Below are positions 28,654-38,307 of a stretch of DNA of 64,000 nt, piece by piece (the stretch's first letter is position 1; each line of letters opens with the position of its first letter). The notes below the pieces were generated by a model. The model was not told the origin of the DNA. It was given only the letters and a program-made list of their open reading frames with translations, and did no database searches. Made by a program: the position numbers and the translations under genes. The stretch covers positions 108,078 to 172,077 of the forward strand of contig JAPLME010000006.1 in NCBI GenBank assembly GCA_026387175.1. The letters are read 5' to 3'. Source of the stretch: Candidatus Omnitrophota bacterium (GTDB lineage: Bacteria; Omnitrophota; Gorgyraeia; 2-01-FULL-45-10).

Positions 28654-30044
28654 GTATGGCGCAGCCCCCTGAACGAGGTATCGTTATGGCAATACATCTT
28701 TTCGAATTGCTCCACCGATGCCGCAAATTTCTTTTTAAAATAGTTCTCGAGAAGCATCTTGTTAGCTTCAAATAGCGATGCGTGAAATTCATTGTCGGTC
28801 ATGTCTGTAAAATTAACACTTAACAGGTCGGAGTTCCGGTGTTTATGCTCATAAAAATCCGCGCAATCTTTCAGCAGGCCTTTTTCGATCGCATAATAAT
28901 ATAGCGGGGACCCTGGATATGGCGTAACCGGCCGTATGGTCCTTATCTGCGCCATATCGTCATATTTCAGCAGGAATTCAACGCCCTTCATGAGGGTCTC
29001 TCTGCTCTCGCCGAGATTGCCGAAAATAATATTAAGCCCGGGGCTTATGCCGGCCTCAAGCGTGTTTTCAACGCCCCTTATGATCTGTGCCGTAGTAAGC
29101 TGTTTCTCCATCTTTTCAAGGGCGAGGTCATCCATGGCTTCTATGCCGTAGTTGATAAAAACACATCCTGCCCTTTTCATAAGTTTCAGAACCTTCCCGG
29201 AAGCGTAATTAAGTCTTCCGTTACAGTACCAGTTTATACCGAGATTCGCCTTCAGGAATTGATCGCACAGCTCGATCGTTCTCGCTTCCGAAGACATTAA
29301 GAGTTCGTCCGAAAATGTTATATAAGTGATGCCATATCTCTCCTTGAGTATCTTTATCTCATCGATAATGCTTTGCGGCCGCCTCGGACGGAACCCTTTA
29401 TCCATCCTGTAGCAAAAATTACATCTGTATGGACATCCCCGCCCCGTGATCATGGGCAGTCCGCGCTGGTTATGCCTTATATTAGGATACCGGAATAACG
29501 CGTAATAATTTATGTCGAACAACTCCCATGCCGGATGAGTTATCAGATCGAGATCTTTTATCAGCGCCCTCTCTCCGTTCGTCTGAAACTTTCCGCGCTT
29601 ATTATCCATGTAGGCGATGCCTTTAACGTCTTCCCACGGGCTCTTGCTTTCAATGGCCCGGCATAATTCGACTATGGTATTTTCGCCCTCGCCTATCACC
29701 ACGGCATCGGCCCCCGTCTTCTTTAAAAAATAGGCGGGCTCGGGAGACGGTCCGTGGCCTCCGATCACATAAAGGGGTCTCTTTCTCGATCTATTTATAC
29801 TGTCCGATATCTTGAGCAGTTTACGATATTGATAGTAACCGCCTATCACCCCCACGCCGACCATATCATAATTATTGCCGTCAAGGTGCGCAGTAAGGTG
29901 ATCTTCGGGCATATGGTATACATCCTGCTGATATATCGTGACATCATGCCCGGCCTTCCTCAGGGCAGCGGCTATATACGCCGTCCCTAAAGGGAACTGG
30001 TGCAAAAACGCGTCATTATCATAAACCACTAACAATATCTTCAA
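28650..30044 (-). CDS. Cobalamin-binding radical SAM enzyme
   Basis: PLGTAYIAAALRKAGH, GGHGPS, GEGE, RGCPYRCNFC, YGIE, PYPGS. Confidence 0.92.
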   Translation of the reverse strand: MKILLVVYDNDAFLHQFPLGTAYIAAALRKAGHDVTIYQQDVYHMPEDHLTAHLDGNNYDMVGVGVIGGYYQYRKLLKISDSINRSRKRPLYVIGGHGPSPEPAYFLKKTGADAVVIGEGENTIVELCRAIESKSPWEDVKGIAYMDNKRGKFQTNGERALIKDLDLITHPAWELFDINYYALFRYPNIRHNQRGLPMITGRGCPYRCNFCYRMDKGFRPRRPQSIIDEIKILKERYGITYITFSDELLMSSEARTIELCDQFLKANLGINWYCNGRLNYASGKVLKLMKRAGCVFINYGIEAMDDLALEKMEKQLTTAQIIRGVENTLEAGISPGLNIIFGNLGESRETLMKGVEFLLKYDDMAQIRTIRPVTPYPGSPLYYYAIEKGLLKDCADFYEHKHRNSDLLSVNFTDMTDNEFHASLFEANKMLLENYFKKKFAASVEQFEKMYCHNDTSFRGLRHT

Positions 30045-30700
30045 GGCTTCTCCACGAACGATATGGCGTTGGCATACGGCAATTTATTGATCCTGGTCTT
30101 CTTGTCGGCAAAGAAATCGTCTATAGCCTTATTGGCGCCCGCAAATGCGCCATAATCGTCAAGTATGACTATCCCGCCTCTTGAGACAAGCGGATAGAGT
30201 TCCTCGAGACAGACCGCCGTGGCCTCATGAAGATCGACGTCTATATGCAGAAGTGATATTTTGAGGTGCGGATTCTTCGACTTGTATTCCGGCACGGTCT
30301 TTAAAATATCCCCTTCGACCAGTTCTATGTTCTGGTAAAGCTCGAGCTTCTTAAGGAGGGTGATGAATTCCTCTTTCCCTATGCTCCTGCTTCCGGCTTC
30401 ACGGATGAACTGCGCCCTCTTCGCTACGTCCTTTTCAAACCTGGCTTCCGGGAACTCCCCGAATATGTCGAAACCTATTATCTTCTTTGAGTAAACATTC
30501 TCGAAAAGAGCCCTGAACTTGATGAGCCTGGAGAGGGATACGCCTTTAAAGACACCGCATTCCACTATGTCGCCCGCAATGTTCGATACCTTCCTGAATA
30601 GCTCAAGATGCGTCGCGAACTTGCTTATCCTGTTTATCGGAGCGGTCAGGTAAAAATTATTTTCGTAATAGAACTGCTTGGAAAGATCGAGCTCTATCAT
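30041..30700 (-). CDS. TylF/MycF-family O-methyltransferase
   Basis: GDIVECGVFKG, GFD.F, HIDVDL, GGIVILDDY. Confidence 0.85.
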   Translation of the reverse strand: MIELDLSKQFYYENNFYLTAPINRISKFATHLELFRKVSNIAGDIVECGVFKGVSLSRLIKFRALFENVYSKKIIGFDIFGEFPEARFEKDVAKRAQFIREAGSRSIGKEEFITLLKKLELYQNIELVEGDILKTVPEYKSKNPHLKISLLHIDVDLHEATAVCLEELYPLVSRGGIVILDDYGAFAGANKAIDDFFADKKTRINKLPYANAISFVEKP

Positions 30701-31362
30701 GCTGCTCTCCTTTTGGCTATCTTTTTGGCCTCTTTAAAATCCTCTTCGGTATTTATATCGACTAAAGACTCCAGCCTCTTCTGTTCATAAAGCATAGTTC
30801 CATTTCCATACCAACTGCTCCTCCTGCGGAAATAACCGACATTCATAATATAGAACATGCCGTTCTCGACCGCATACTGTTTCTTGAAATCCTGAGTGTT
30901 CGGCCGCTTGCCGCTGGTCGGGAACAACGGCCTATCGCCTTTCCATATGAACGGGCTTACCCCCGTAACCGATATCACCGCTTTCGGCCTTTCTTCCCTG
31001 ATCAGTTGCGAGATCTCGCGGTAATCTTTAAGGCTCCTGAACGGCGAGGTCGGGTTCAAAAGCCAAAGGTAGTCGGAATCACGCATCCCGTATTCCTTAA
31101 TGATCACCTTAATGAGATCCATGACGGACGAATCTTCTCCGGCCAACTCTTTACCTCTGAGATGTGCACTTACCCCTTTCGGAACGGAATAGCCCTTTTT
31201 ATCGGTCGAGACGATCACGGTATCGAAGATGCCTTCCGGCGTGGTCTTCACGGCGAAATCGACCAGCGAATAGCCGCCCGTGAAGTCCCGCCAGTTCTTG
31301 TTATGGCACCGCGAAGATCTTTCCTTGGCCGGTATGAGCGCGTAATTCCTCATAGCCTTCAT
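30697..31362 (-). CDS. Divergent CMP-nonulosonate synthetase-family cytidylyltransferase
   Basis: IPAKERSSRCHNKN, VSTD, NPTSPFR, TQD, ENG, DINTEEDF. Confidence 0.8.
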   Translation of the reverse strand: MKAMRNYALIPAKERSSRCHNKNWRDFTGGYSLVDFAVKTTPEGIFDTVIVSTDKKGYSVPKGVSAHLRGKELAGEDSSVMDLIKVIIKEYGMRDSDYLWLLNPTSPFRSLKDYREISQLIREERPKAVISVTGVSPFIWKGDRPLFPTSGKRPNTQDFKKQYAVENGMFYIMNVGYFRRRSSWYGNGTMLYEQKRLESLVDINTEEDFKEAKKIAKRRAA

Positions 31363-31366
31363 CTCT

Positions 31367-32719
31367 TTAGCATGTTCCTTTCGCGATTATATAGGTCGTC
31401 TTGTTGTTCAAAGTATCGCGCGAGAATATATCCTGGCCGGAAAGGTTGAAAAAGGCCGCTTTCCGGAAATACGACTTCATTAATTTATTTATCTCCTCAT
31501 ATGTCATCTCGCTTATATGGAACGGATTATCGACATGCTTTACCGACTTATCGGCAAGGGGGCATGTAAGCCATAGCTCCCCTTTCGGCTTAAGCCATCC
31601 TTTCGCGCGGGACAGGAACGCGGCCGGATCCGTAAGGTGCTCTATAGTCTCTACGGATATTATCTTGTCATATCGGCATTTCGGGCAGAACATCTCTGCG
31701 GATGACGCCTGGAACGCGATATTCTCTCTGGAGTGGTGACGTTTGGCATATTCGATCGTCTTCGCATCGCCGTCCACACCGGTCACCAGACGTGCTTTTT
31801 CCGCGATAAGCTCCGAACCATATCCGCTGCCGCATGCGATGTCGAGCACAGAATCCGAAGGCTCTATGTGATCCAGGAAGAAGCGGTAGCGCGCAAAATG
31901 CCTCTCATAGGCGGCCGCATCGAATATCGTCCTTCTGATGCCGAGCGCGGCGTCATCGTGCATATAAAATCGCTGGACGTTGAACCCGCCCCTCGATTCC
32001 CAACTTATGCGCTCTTTCCGAAACGATAGCATTGCTTCGGCAAAAGGGATATCGTAAAGAGTCTCCACATTTACGCTATCTGCCTCATCCATTTCGAATC
32101 CATACGAATCTTTACCGAGTAGGAGATCATTCAGCTTCTGGACATCCCTTGCCTTCACAATCCAGATAGCGCCATTCAGTTTATATGTTACCGGCTGGTC
32201 CTGGCGTCTGAAATACTTCGGTCCATCCTTAAGAAGGAACTTTGCCCTATTCCGCCCGTCAAGTTTAAGCCCGCCGTAAGGAGAGAATCTCGTACGTGTA
32301 ACGCTCACCACGCTATCGAACGACTTGAGCGAAATGGCGAACTCTACGGATCTATCGACATGAGAGGCTGTCCTGAGCGGCGCTGACGGAAATAGCAGGG
32401 CCAGTATATCCGGCTTATTCTTGTCCATTGCGCTTAGGGCGTGTAATATAACATCCTTTATCGAGACATCGTCTCCGGACAAAACTTTGGGCCTTTCGAT
32501 AATCCTTATGCCGTGATAGCCCTTATACTTAGAGAGCAGGTCCGGTTCATCCGTAGTAAGATAGACATGTCTTATATGTTTCGCGCCCACCGCCGCGTCA
32601 AGCGTATACTCGATTAGGGGCTTAAAATCCAAAAGCACCATGCTCTTCCTGTAAAGGCCCTTCGACCCGCTGCGGGAAGGTATGAGAATATCGATCTTCG
32701 GCGTTTTTAAGTCCGGCAA
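31367..32719 (-). CDS. Fusion: NeuA-like cytidylyltransferase + class I SAM methyltransferase
   Basis: N-half PSRSGSKG..K, PSAPLR, RRQD, NGAIW; C-half HFARY, LDIACGSGYG, ETIEH, NPFH; TTG start with GGAGG RBS. Confidence 0.85.
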   Translation of the reverse strand: MPDLKTPKIDILIPSRSGSKGLYRKSMVLLDFKPLIEYTLDAAVGAKHIRHVYLTTDEPDLLSKYKGYHGIRIIERPKVLSGDDVSIKDVILHALSAMDKNKPDILALLFPSAPLRTASHVDRSVEFAISLKSFDSVVSVTRTRFSPYGGLKLDGRNRAKFLLKDGPKYFRRQDQPVTYKLNGAIWIVKARDVQKLNDLLLGKDSYGFEMDEADSVNVETLYDIPFAEAMLSFRKERISWESRGGFNVQRFYMHDDAALGIRRTIFDAAAYERHFARYRFFLDHIEPSDSVLDIACGSGYGSELIAEKARLVTGVDGDAKTIEYAKRHHSRENIAFQASSAEMFCPKCRYDKIISVETIEHLTDPAAFLSRAKGWLKPKGELWLTCPLADKSVKHVDNPFHISEMTYEEINKLMKSYFRKAAFFNLSGQDIFSRDTLNNKTTYIIAKGTC

Positions 32720-32734
32720 GTTGCCTCCATATTT

Positions 32735-33259
32735 TTATTGAGCATCTCTTCGATCAGGCAACACCGATAGAAATTTATCCGCGAGATTTATGGCACTGAT
32801 GGCAATGCTCTTAAGCTCCTCTATATTCTTCATCCTTTCCTGATAGAGCTTGGCTGTCTTCTGCTCTTCTTCGGTAAGCTCGCCGCCTGCCGACCGGACG
32901 ATCGCGTTAAACTCATCCAGCATACTGGAAACCTCATTCGCCCTCTTCTGGATGCCGCTCTTGATCTTATTAGCGATTATATTCTTAACATCCAGGTTTG
33001 CCTCATAATAGTCTCTGCGCGATCCTTTGATCCAGATATTCTTGACGGCCCCCCATTTTTCAAGCTCCCGTATGTTGAGACTTATCGAACCTTTGCTGAC
33101 TTTCAGCTTACCCATCAGGTCATCGAGCGATAAAGGCTTGTCGCTTAAATAAAGCACCGCATACAACTGAGCTATAAATCGGTTTAATCCAAAACTGTCG
33201 CACATCTTACCTATGCTCTCTATAAACTTATCTTGCGCACTTTCTAGTTTAGAATTCAT
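32735..33259 (-). CDS. GbsR/OpcR-type (MarR superfamily) transcriptional regulator
   Basis: FGLNR..AQLYAVLYLSDKPLSLDDL...L.VSKGSIS.NIREL..WG.V..W.KGSRRDYYEA. Confidence 0.85.
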   Translation of the reverse strand: MNSKLESAQDKFIESIGKMCDSFGLNRFIAQLYAVLYLSDKPLSLDDLMGKLKVSKGSISLNIRELEKWGAVKNIWIKGSRRDYYEANLDVKNIIANKIKSGIQKRANEVSSMLDEFNAIVRSAGGELTEEEQKTAKLYQERMKNIEELKSIAISAINLADKFLSVLPDRRDAQ

Positions 33260-33283
33260 TGTCTCCTCTTTAGTATTTATATT

Positions 33284-33301
33284 GTTTAAAACATATTAAA
33301 C
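33284..33301. promoter_or_regulatory. Putative operator 1, inverted repeat GTTTA-N8-TAAAC
   Basis: GTTTA AAACATAT TAAAC, 8 nt downstream of the -10 box of the regulator's promoter; second copy at 41710. Confidence 0.7.
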
Positions 33302-33309
33302 GTTGAATA

Positions 33310-33338
33310 AGTATACTACACCACTGATATCGTGTCAA
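33310..33338 (-). promoter_or_regulatory. sigma70-type promoter TTGACA-17-TATACT for the GbsR-family gene and downstream block
   Basis: Minus strand TTGACA (33338-33333), 17 nt, TATACT (33315-33310); AAAGAGGAG RBS before ATG 33259. Confidence 0.8.
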
Positions 33339-33346
33339 TTAATATG

Positions 33347-34849
33347 TTATAATCTAGTTCTGAACTCTTCCAATAGCCTTTTATACACCAAATCATCTGT
33401 TTCTGCCTCTTTTATCTCATCATACCTGTCTTTTGGGAAGCGAACATAAAATGAAAAGGTTCGAAATAGGCCCTCAAGCTCTTTGCGGGTCATCCCTTTT
33501 GGCACAAATTGAACGCCGATAAAAGCCGTCGCATCGTAATCAGGGTCCAAACCCTCCTCCTCGCACAATTTTCTGATAGGAGTACCTTTAAAAGGCGCTA
33601 ATAAGCTGACTGAGAAGGAATCGGGCTTTACCAATCTATTCAGCTCTATGGTATCGAAGATATGCTTTCTGGTTTCACGAGGCAGGCCTATTATGTTATA
33701 TGAAGATACCCTTATGCCTAATGAGCTGACGATCCTGAACTTCTCTATTATCTCCTCGTTAGTCATCCTTCTGTTCATGACTTCTCTTCTTATGAAATCA
33801 TTGCCGCTCTCTATCCCTATTGCGAATGTCCTGCACCCCATCTCTTTCAATATCCCTGCCTTCTCCTCAGTGATAGTGCTTACGCGCGCATAGATAAGAA
33901 ACGGAAGACCGATCTCCTTTTTGTAGGCATCGGCGTATTCTCTTATATAAGCGGCATTCAAAGAAGTGAAATCCTCATCCCAAAAGCGGATAAAGTTGAA
34001 ATTATATTTAGCGATTAGGTTTTTAAGCTCTTCAATGCTCCTGGGTATTTTTTTTACCCTGCGATAAACTCCGAGTTCCTTAAACCTTGTTTTAAAGACA
34101 CTGTTCACGCAATATGAGCAATCGAACAGGCATCCTCTTGACAGTTCATAATTAAGCATCTTATATTGTTCTCCGTCAAACGGCCTGTAAAAATGAATCG
34201 GGTCAAAAGATCCGTAATCCGGGTCCGGCAGGCTCGAGATATCTTCCAGCGGCATGCCGGGATTTTTTATTATAACGCCGTCCTGCTTGAACCATATCCC
34301 ACGCACCGTGCTCAACGGTTTCGCATGCTCGAGCGCATCCATCATGGCCAATATCGTCTTCTCACCTTCTCCGGTACAAATTATATCGCATGCCGGAGAA
34401 GCAAGCGTTTCCTCGGGCAGCAGTATGGCCTGGCAGCCTCCGTAGATGACCTGTATATTATATTTTTTCTTGAACGGCAGCAGGAACCGGCTGCTGAATT
34501 TAAAATCCACGGTTAATGCGCTTACGCCTATCAGATCCGGACGAAAATCGTTCAAAAGCTTATCGAAATCGGCTTTGTAGTCCGTTCTCTTCAAATCGCA
34601 ACCTTCGACCATGATACCGAAATCGTATTTATAAAAATCCTTCCTGTCGCGTATGACCTGATCGGCATCGAGCGGCGCGCTCTTAAAGAACATCTTTTTG
34701 TAAAGTTCGTAGCTAAATTTCTCGTAATCCGGAAAATCGAACAGCCGGACTTCGTGGCCGTGGCTTTTCAGTACGCTGATCAGGATAGGGATATTAAGCG
34801 GAATGTTCCCTTGGCCTGCCCGTGACGGGTTAACAAATAAAACCTTCAT
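33347..34849 (-). CDS. Cobalamin-binding radical SAM enzyme
   Basis: PLNIPIL..VLKSHGH, GG, GEGE, SRGCLFDCSYC, GIESG. Confidence 0.9.
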   Translation of the reverse strand: MKVLFVNPSRAGQGNIPLNIPILISVLKSHGHEVRLFDFPDYEKFSYELYKKMFFKSAPLDADQVIRDRKDFYKYDFGIMVEGCDLKRTDYKADFDKLLNDFRPDLIGVSALTVDFKFSSRFLLPFKKKYNIQVIYGGCQAILLPEETLASPACDIICTGEGEKTILAMMDALEHAKPLSTVRGIWFKQDGVIIKNPGMPLEDISSLPDPDYGSFDPIHFYRPFDGEQYKMLNYELSRGCLFDCSYCVNSVFKTRFKELGVYRRVKKIPRSIEELKNLIAKYNFNFIRFWDEDFTSLNAAYIREYADAYKKEIGLPFLIYARVSTITEEKAGILKEMGCRTFAIGIESGNDFIRREVMNRRMTNEEIIEKFRIVSSLGIRVSSYNIIGLPRETRKHIFDTIELNRLVKPDSFSVSLLAPFKGTPIRKLCEEEGLDPDYDATAFIGVQFVPKGMTRKELEGLFRTFSFYVRFPKDRYDEIKEAETDDLVYKRLLEEFRTRL

Positions 34850-35589
34850 CTCTTTTCCTTCTTCCCATCGAATATCTTCCCGAATTCGAACAGGATACGC
34901 CTTAACGGCATCTGCTTCTGGGTCCTGAACTTCATCTGTTCTTCGATCTGGTCCAGATTATAATAGAACGTCTTATACGGGACGCCTTTTATAAAAATAG
35001 AATCTACGTCCCCGCCGCTCACTATAGAGTGGTCGCCTGATATATCTTCCACAGACGCGATCTTTCCTTCTTTATTCCTGAAATACTTACCGTAATAAGC
35101 GTCGAATACCCGCAACTTTTTATCCAGCGTCACAAAGGAAAGAGTGTATTTAACTTTACGGTCTTCGCCGTAAACCCTTCCCCAAAATGCCGGAACGCCC
35201 GAATAGGCGCAAAGCGTGGTAAAGACATCCTGAAACTGCTCCTGCACACCGTAGCCTCTTATAATGATATTCAAAATATGGTCGTCGATGACCGGCATGC
35301 CGGGCGGAATCTCTTTAATATTTTCACGCGTCCATTTCAGGATAGCCAGCACTTTTTGCTCATCGGTGCTACAGCCCGCGGTTACGTCTTTAGCCAACCT
35401 GATGTACTCAAGGTGCCTGGTTAAGAACTCCGCACCCTTTGCATAAAGGGGCATATGGATCTCCCTGACACGGCCATCGACACCCTGCTTTATCGAAACG
35501 TCAATAGTGAGAACGGCCGCCGCGGCTGCCGCGAGGATCAGTAACAACAGGAAACGCCGCATCTTCTTGCTTATTGTGAATTGCTTCAT
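34846..35589 (-). CDS. Membrane-anchored/secreted transglutaminase-like fold protein, apparently lacking the catalytic Cys
   Basis: N-terminal hydrophobic segment; ILKWTRENI..IIRGYGVQEQ..FTTL..SGVPA..FDAYYG. Confidence 0.55.
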   Translation of the reverse strand: MKQFTISKKMRRFLLLLILAAAAAAVLTIDVSIKQGVDGRVREIHMPLYAKGAEFLTRHLEYIRLAKDVTAGCSTDEQKVLAILKWTRENIKEIPPGMPVIDDHILNIIIRGYGVQEQFQDVFTTLCAYSGVPAFWGRVYGEDRKVKYTLSFVTLDKKLRVFDAYYGKYFRNKEGKIASVEDISGDHSIVSGGDVDSIFIKGVPYKTFYYNLDQIEEQMKFRTQKQMPLRRILFEFGKIFDGKKEKR

Positions 35590-36833
35590 GCCTTCCCTTC
35601 TGAGCGCGATAAAATGCCGTATATCTTTTCGTATTTATCCGCTCCTTCACTCAGGGAAAGGCAGCGCATCGCCGCATCTCTGCATCTGCGCTTAAGGGTC
35701 TCACCTTCGCCTTTCATCGCCATCAGGCGTAATGCCGCATCCTTGTAATCTCTTTCTTCGAAACCTTCGACCACGACCCCGATATTGTTATTTCGCACAA
35801 GCTCCTCCGTATCCCCCACCCCGGGATTTATGACAACAGGGACTCCCGAAGCAAGGAACTCACCCATCTTGATGGGCGATGAACCAATCTTCTTGTATGG
35901 GTTGATAAAGAATATTCCTGCGTCGGCTACGGCCATATAACGCGGCATCTCTTCAAACCGGATGCCACGTACGATCTTAATGCCCCGTTCATCGATGCCG
36001 ATAGCCCTCGCTTTTTCGAGAACGGCGGCGGTGTCGTCATTTGTCAATATCAAAAATACGGCCTTGGGCAGATGAGCAGTTAAAACTTTATAGAATTCGA
36101 GCATCTCCTTCATCAAATAGAACGTGCCGATCTTGCCCGGGTACATAATAACAAATGAGCCATCGATCCCCAACTCTGAGCGGGTCGTATCGTTATCTCG
36201 ATTATATCCGAATCGATCCATATCCACGCAGCATGGGATAACATCCATGGGGACATCTCTATCCTTTAAATAATCCAGGGTCCTGTTGAATTCGAGGTGT
36301 TTCTGCGTAAGCACCGTTATCGCATCGGCGCGCAATAGCATATTTCTTTCGGCCATTTTGACCGCCCTGAAGGCAAGGCTGTCCTCCTTCCATAATCCGC
36401 CTCCCACATATTCCTCAGCGAGAAGCCCTCTCATATCGAAAAGGACCTTCACCTTTAATAATCTCGAGAGCATGAGCACGATAATGCCGGGCGTGATCCC
36501 TCTTACATGTATTATGTCGACCTTCTCTTTTCGGACAAGGCGCGATACGGCGGCGGCGCCTGCGGCAAGGTCAAACAGCGTCGACAACAAAGGGGGCCGT
36601 TTATGGTAGGGCAGATATCTCCAATCTATGCCCTTCGACCTTAACTCGCCTTTCAGGATTTCTATCTTTCCCTTCCCGACCCTCTCCAGATCCCGTTTCT
36701 TCTCATAGGTAAAGAGCATGAAGCCAAATCCCTTTGCGACCAATTTCTCCAGATACGGAACGGCCTGGGAAGGCAGGATCGGCTCGAGCAGGCCATTATA
36801 GGATAAGAAAAGGATCTTCGCTTTATTTTGCAT
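35586..36833 (-). CDS. GT4 family glycosyltransferase
   Basis: FDMRG..EE, VIPCCVD, SPIKMGEFLASGVPVV. Confidence 0.88.
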   Translation of the reverse strand: MQNKAKILFLSYNGLLEPILPSQAVPYLEKLVAKGFGFMLFTYEKKRDLERVGKGKIEILKGELRSKGIDWRYLPYHKRPPLLSTLFDLAAGAAAVSRLVRKEKVDIIHVRGITPGIIVLMLSRLLKVKVLFDMRGLLAEEYVGGGLWKEDSLAFRAVKMAERNMLLRADAITVLTQKHLEFNRTLDYLKDRDVPMDVIPCCVDMDRFGYNRDNDTTRSELGIDGSFVIMYPGKIGTFYLMKEMLEFYKVLTAHLPKAVFLILTNDDTAAVLEKARAIGIDERGIKIVRGIRFEEMPRYMAVADAGIFFINPYKKIGSSPIKMGEFLASGVPVVINPGVGDTEELVRNNNIGVVVEGFEERDYKDAALRLMAMKGEGETLKRRCRDAAMRCLSLSEGADKYEKIYGILSRSEGKA

Positions 36834-38307
36834 GTGAGGCCTTATTCAGCGTCGAAAGCCTGATAAACGACCTGCACGTCTTGATCAGGACCCCGCGGAA
36901 CTGCGTCAGGGCTATCCGGATAAGCCGTGCGGGATTCCGGATGTTATCCGCAATGAATGCCTTCAGATTAAGCGGCAATATCAGCTTCAGCCGCGCTTCC
37001 AGGTAGAGCCTTTCGAACGTCTCCCGCGGCATATCCGCGTAATTTATATGCGGCATCTCCGGATCGCCTATATCGTCCCATTTCGGGAGAGTTTTCTTAT
37101 CGCGCTTCAGCGCCTCGTAGCTCGACGTGCCGGGAAGTGGCATGAAGATGTTGAAACCCACCATATTCGGTTTCACTCTCTTTATGAACGACAGCGTCTC
37201 TTTGAAATCTTCTTCCTTCTCGCCCGGATATCCGACGATGATATTCGCCTGGAAACGCAGCCGGGCCTTGCGCGTCAGGGTGGCGGCCCTCAGGCTTTCG
37301 TCGATCTTCAGGCGCTTGTTCATAAGGTCCAGCACCCTCTGCGATCCCGATTCGAACCCGTATTCTATGCCGACGCAGCCCGCATCCTTCATGAGGCCAA
37401 GCAGATCATCCGTAATGATGCTCGCTTTTGCCTGCGCCATCCATCGGATCGTCTTATTTAGGCCTTTTTTGATAAATATATTCAGAAGCTCTTCGGCCCT
37501 TTCCTTCGAGCTCAGGAACATGTCTTCCGCGAAATAGAGGGCCTCTATACCGTAGCGCGACACGAGCTCCTCTATCTCCGCCACAACACGCCCGGGCGAA
37601 TGAAAGCGGACCTTACCGCTGAAGATGAGCGGCCCCGCGCAAAAAGTACAGCGGTACGGGCACCCTCTGGCCGTAAAGATCGAAGTTGTCCTTAAACTCA
37701 GGTTCCTTGAAGTGAAGCGGCTTGGCCTGGTATAGAATTTCATATCGAGCAGATGTCGCGCCGGCATGGGTAGATCGTCTATATTCTTGATCACTTCGCG
37801 CGGCGCGGTAGAGGCGACCGAGCCGCCGTCCCTGTAGTATATCCCTTTTATATCTTTCCGGAGAAGGCCTTCCGCGATATCGAGCAATGCGAACTCTCCT
37901 TCGCCCTTCACGACTATATCGACACACGGATTTTCATCGAGACTGAGCGCAGGCTCACCGGAAGGATGCGGGCCGCCCAGGACGATGGCGGCATTACCGC
38001 ACGAGTCCTTAATGAGCTTTGAGATGTGCCCGACATCGGACATATTAGGCGTCGTAGCGCTTATACCGACGAGATCCGAACCGGATGACCGTATCTCGTC
38101 GATCATGATAGCATCGACCTTGTCAAAATCCATCGCGTTCTTCCGCAAGGATGCGTCCCTATCGATGATTCTGACCCGGTGTCCGCCTTTTTCGAGGACT
38201 GCCGCGATATAGGCAAGCCCGAGGGGAGGCCAGAACTGCTTATTCTCGTCTATCCTGCTCCGGTGCTTCGACAGGAGAGGATATATAAGCGTTATATTCA
38301 TCTTCAC
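36823..38307 (-). CDS. Cobalamin-binding radical SAM enzyme
   Basis: PPLGLAYIAAVL..GGH, GGPHPS, GEGE, TARGCPYRCTFC, GFESG. Confidence 0.92.
   Translation of the reverse strand: MKMNITLIYPLLSKHRSRIDENKQFWPPLGLAYIAAVLEKGGHRVRIIDRDASLRKNAMDFDKVDAIMIDEIRSSGSDLVGISATTPNMSDVGHISKLIKDSCGNAAIVLGGPHPSGEPALSLDENPCVDIVVKGEGEFALLDIAEGLLRKDIKGIYYRDGGSVASTAPREVIKNIDDLPMPARHLLDMKFYTRPSRFTSRNLSLRTTSIFTARGCPYRCTFCAGPLIFSGKVRFHSPGRVVAEIEELVSRYGIEALYFAEDMFLSSKERAEELLNIFIKKGLNKTIRWMAQAKASIITDDLLGLMKDAGCVGIEYGFESGSQRVLDLMNKRLKIDESLRAATLTRKARLRFQANIIVGYPGEKEEDFKETLSFIKRVKPNMVGFNIFMPLPGTSSYEALKRDKKTLPKWDDIGDPEMPHINYADMPRETFERLYLEARLKLILPLNLKAFIADNIRNPARLIRIALTQFRGVLIKTCRSFIRLSTLNKASHAK

Noticed and set aside
35515-35535. 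GC-rich GCC/GCG run encoding poly-Ala
   Set aside because: Mixed codons within a signal/TM segment; not a perfect tandem repeat or phase-variable tract.
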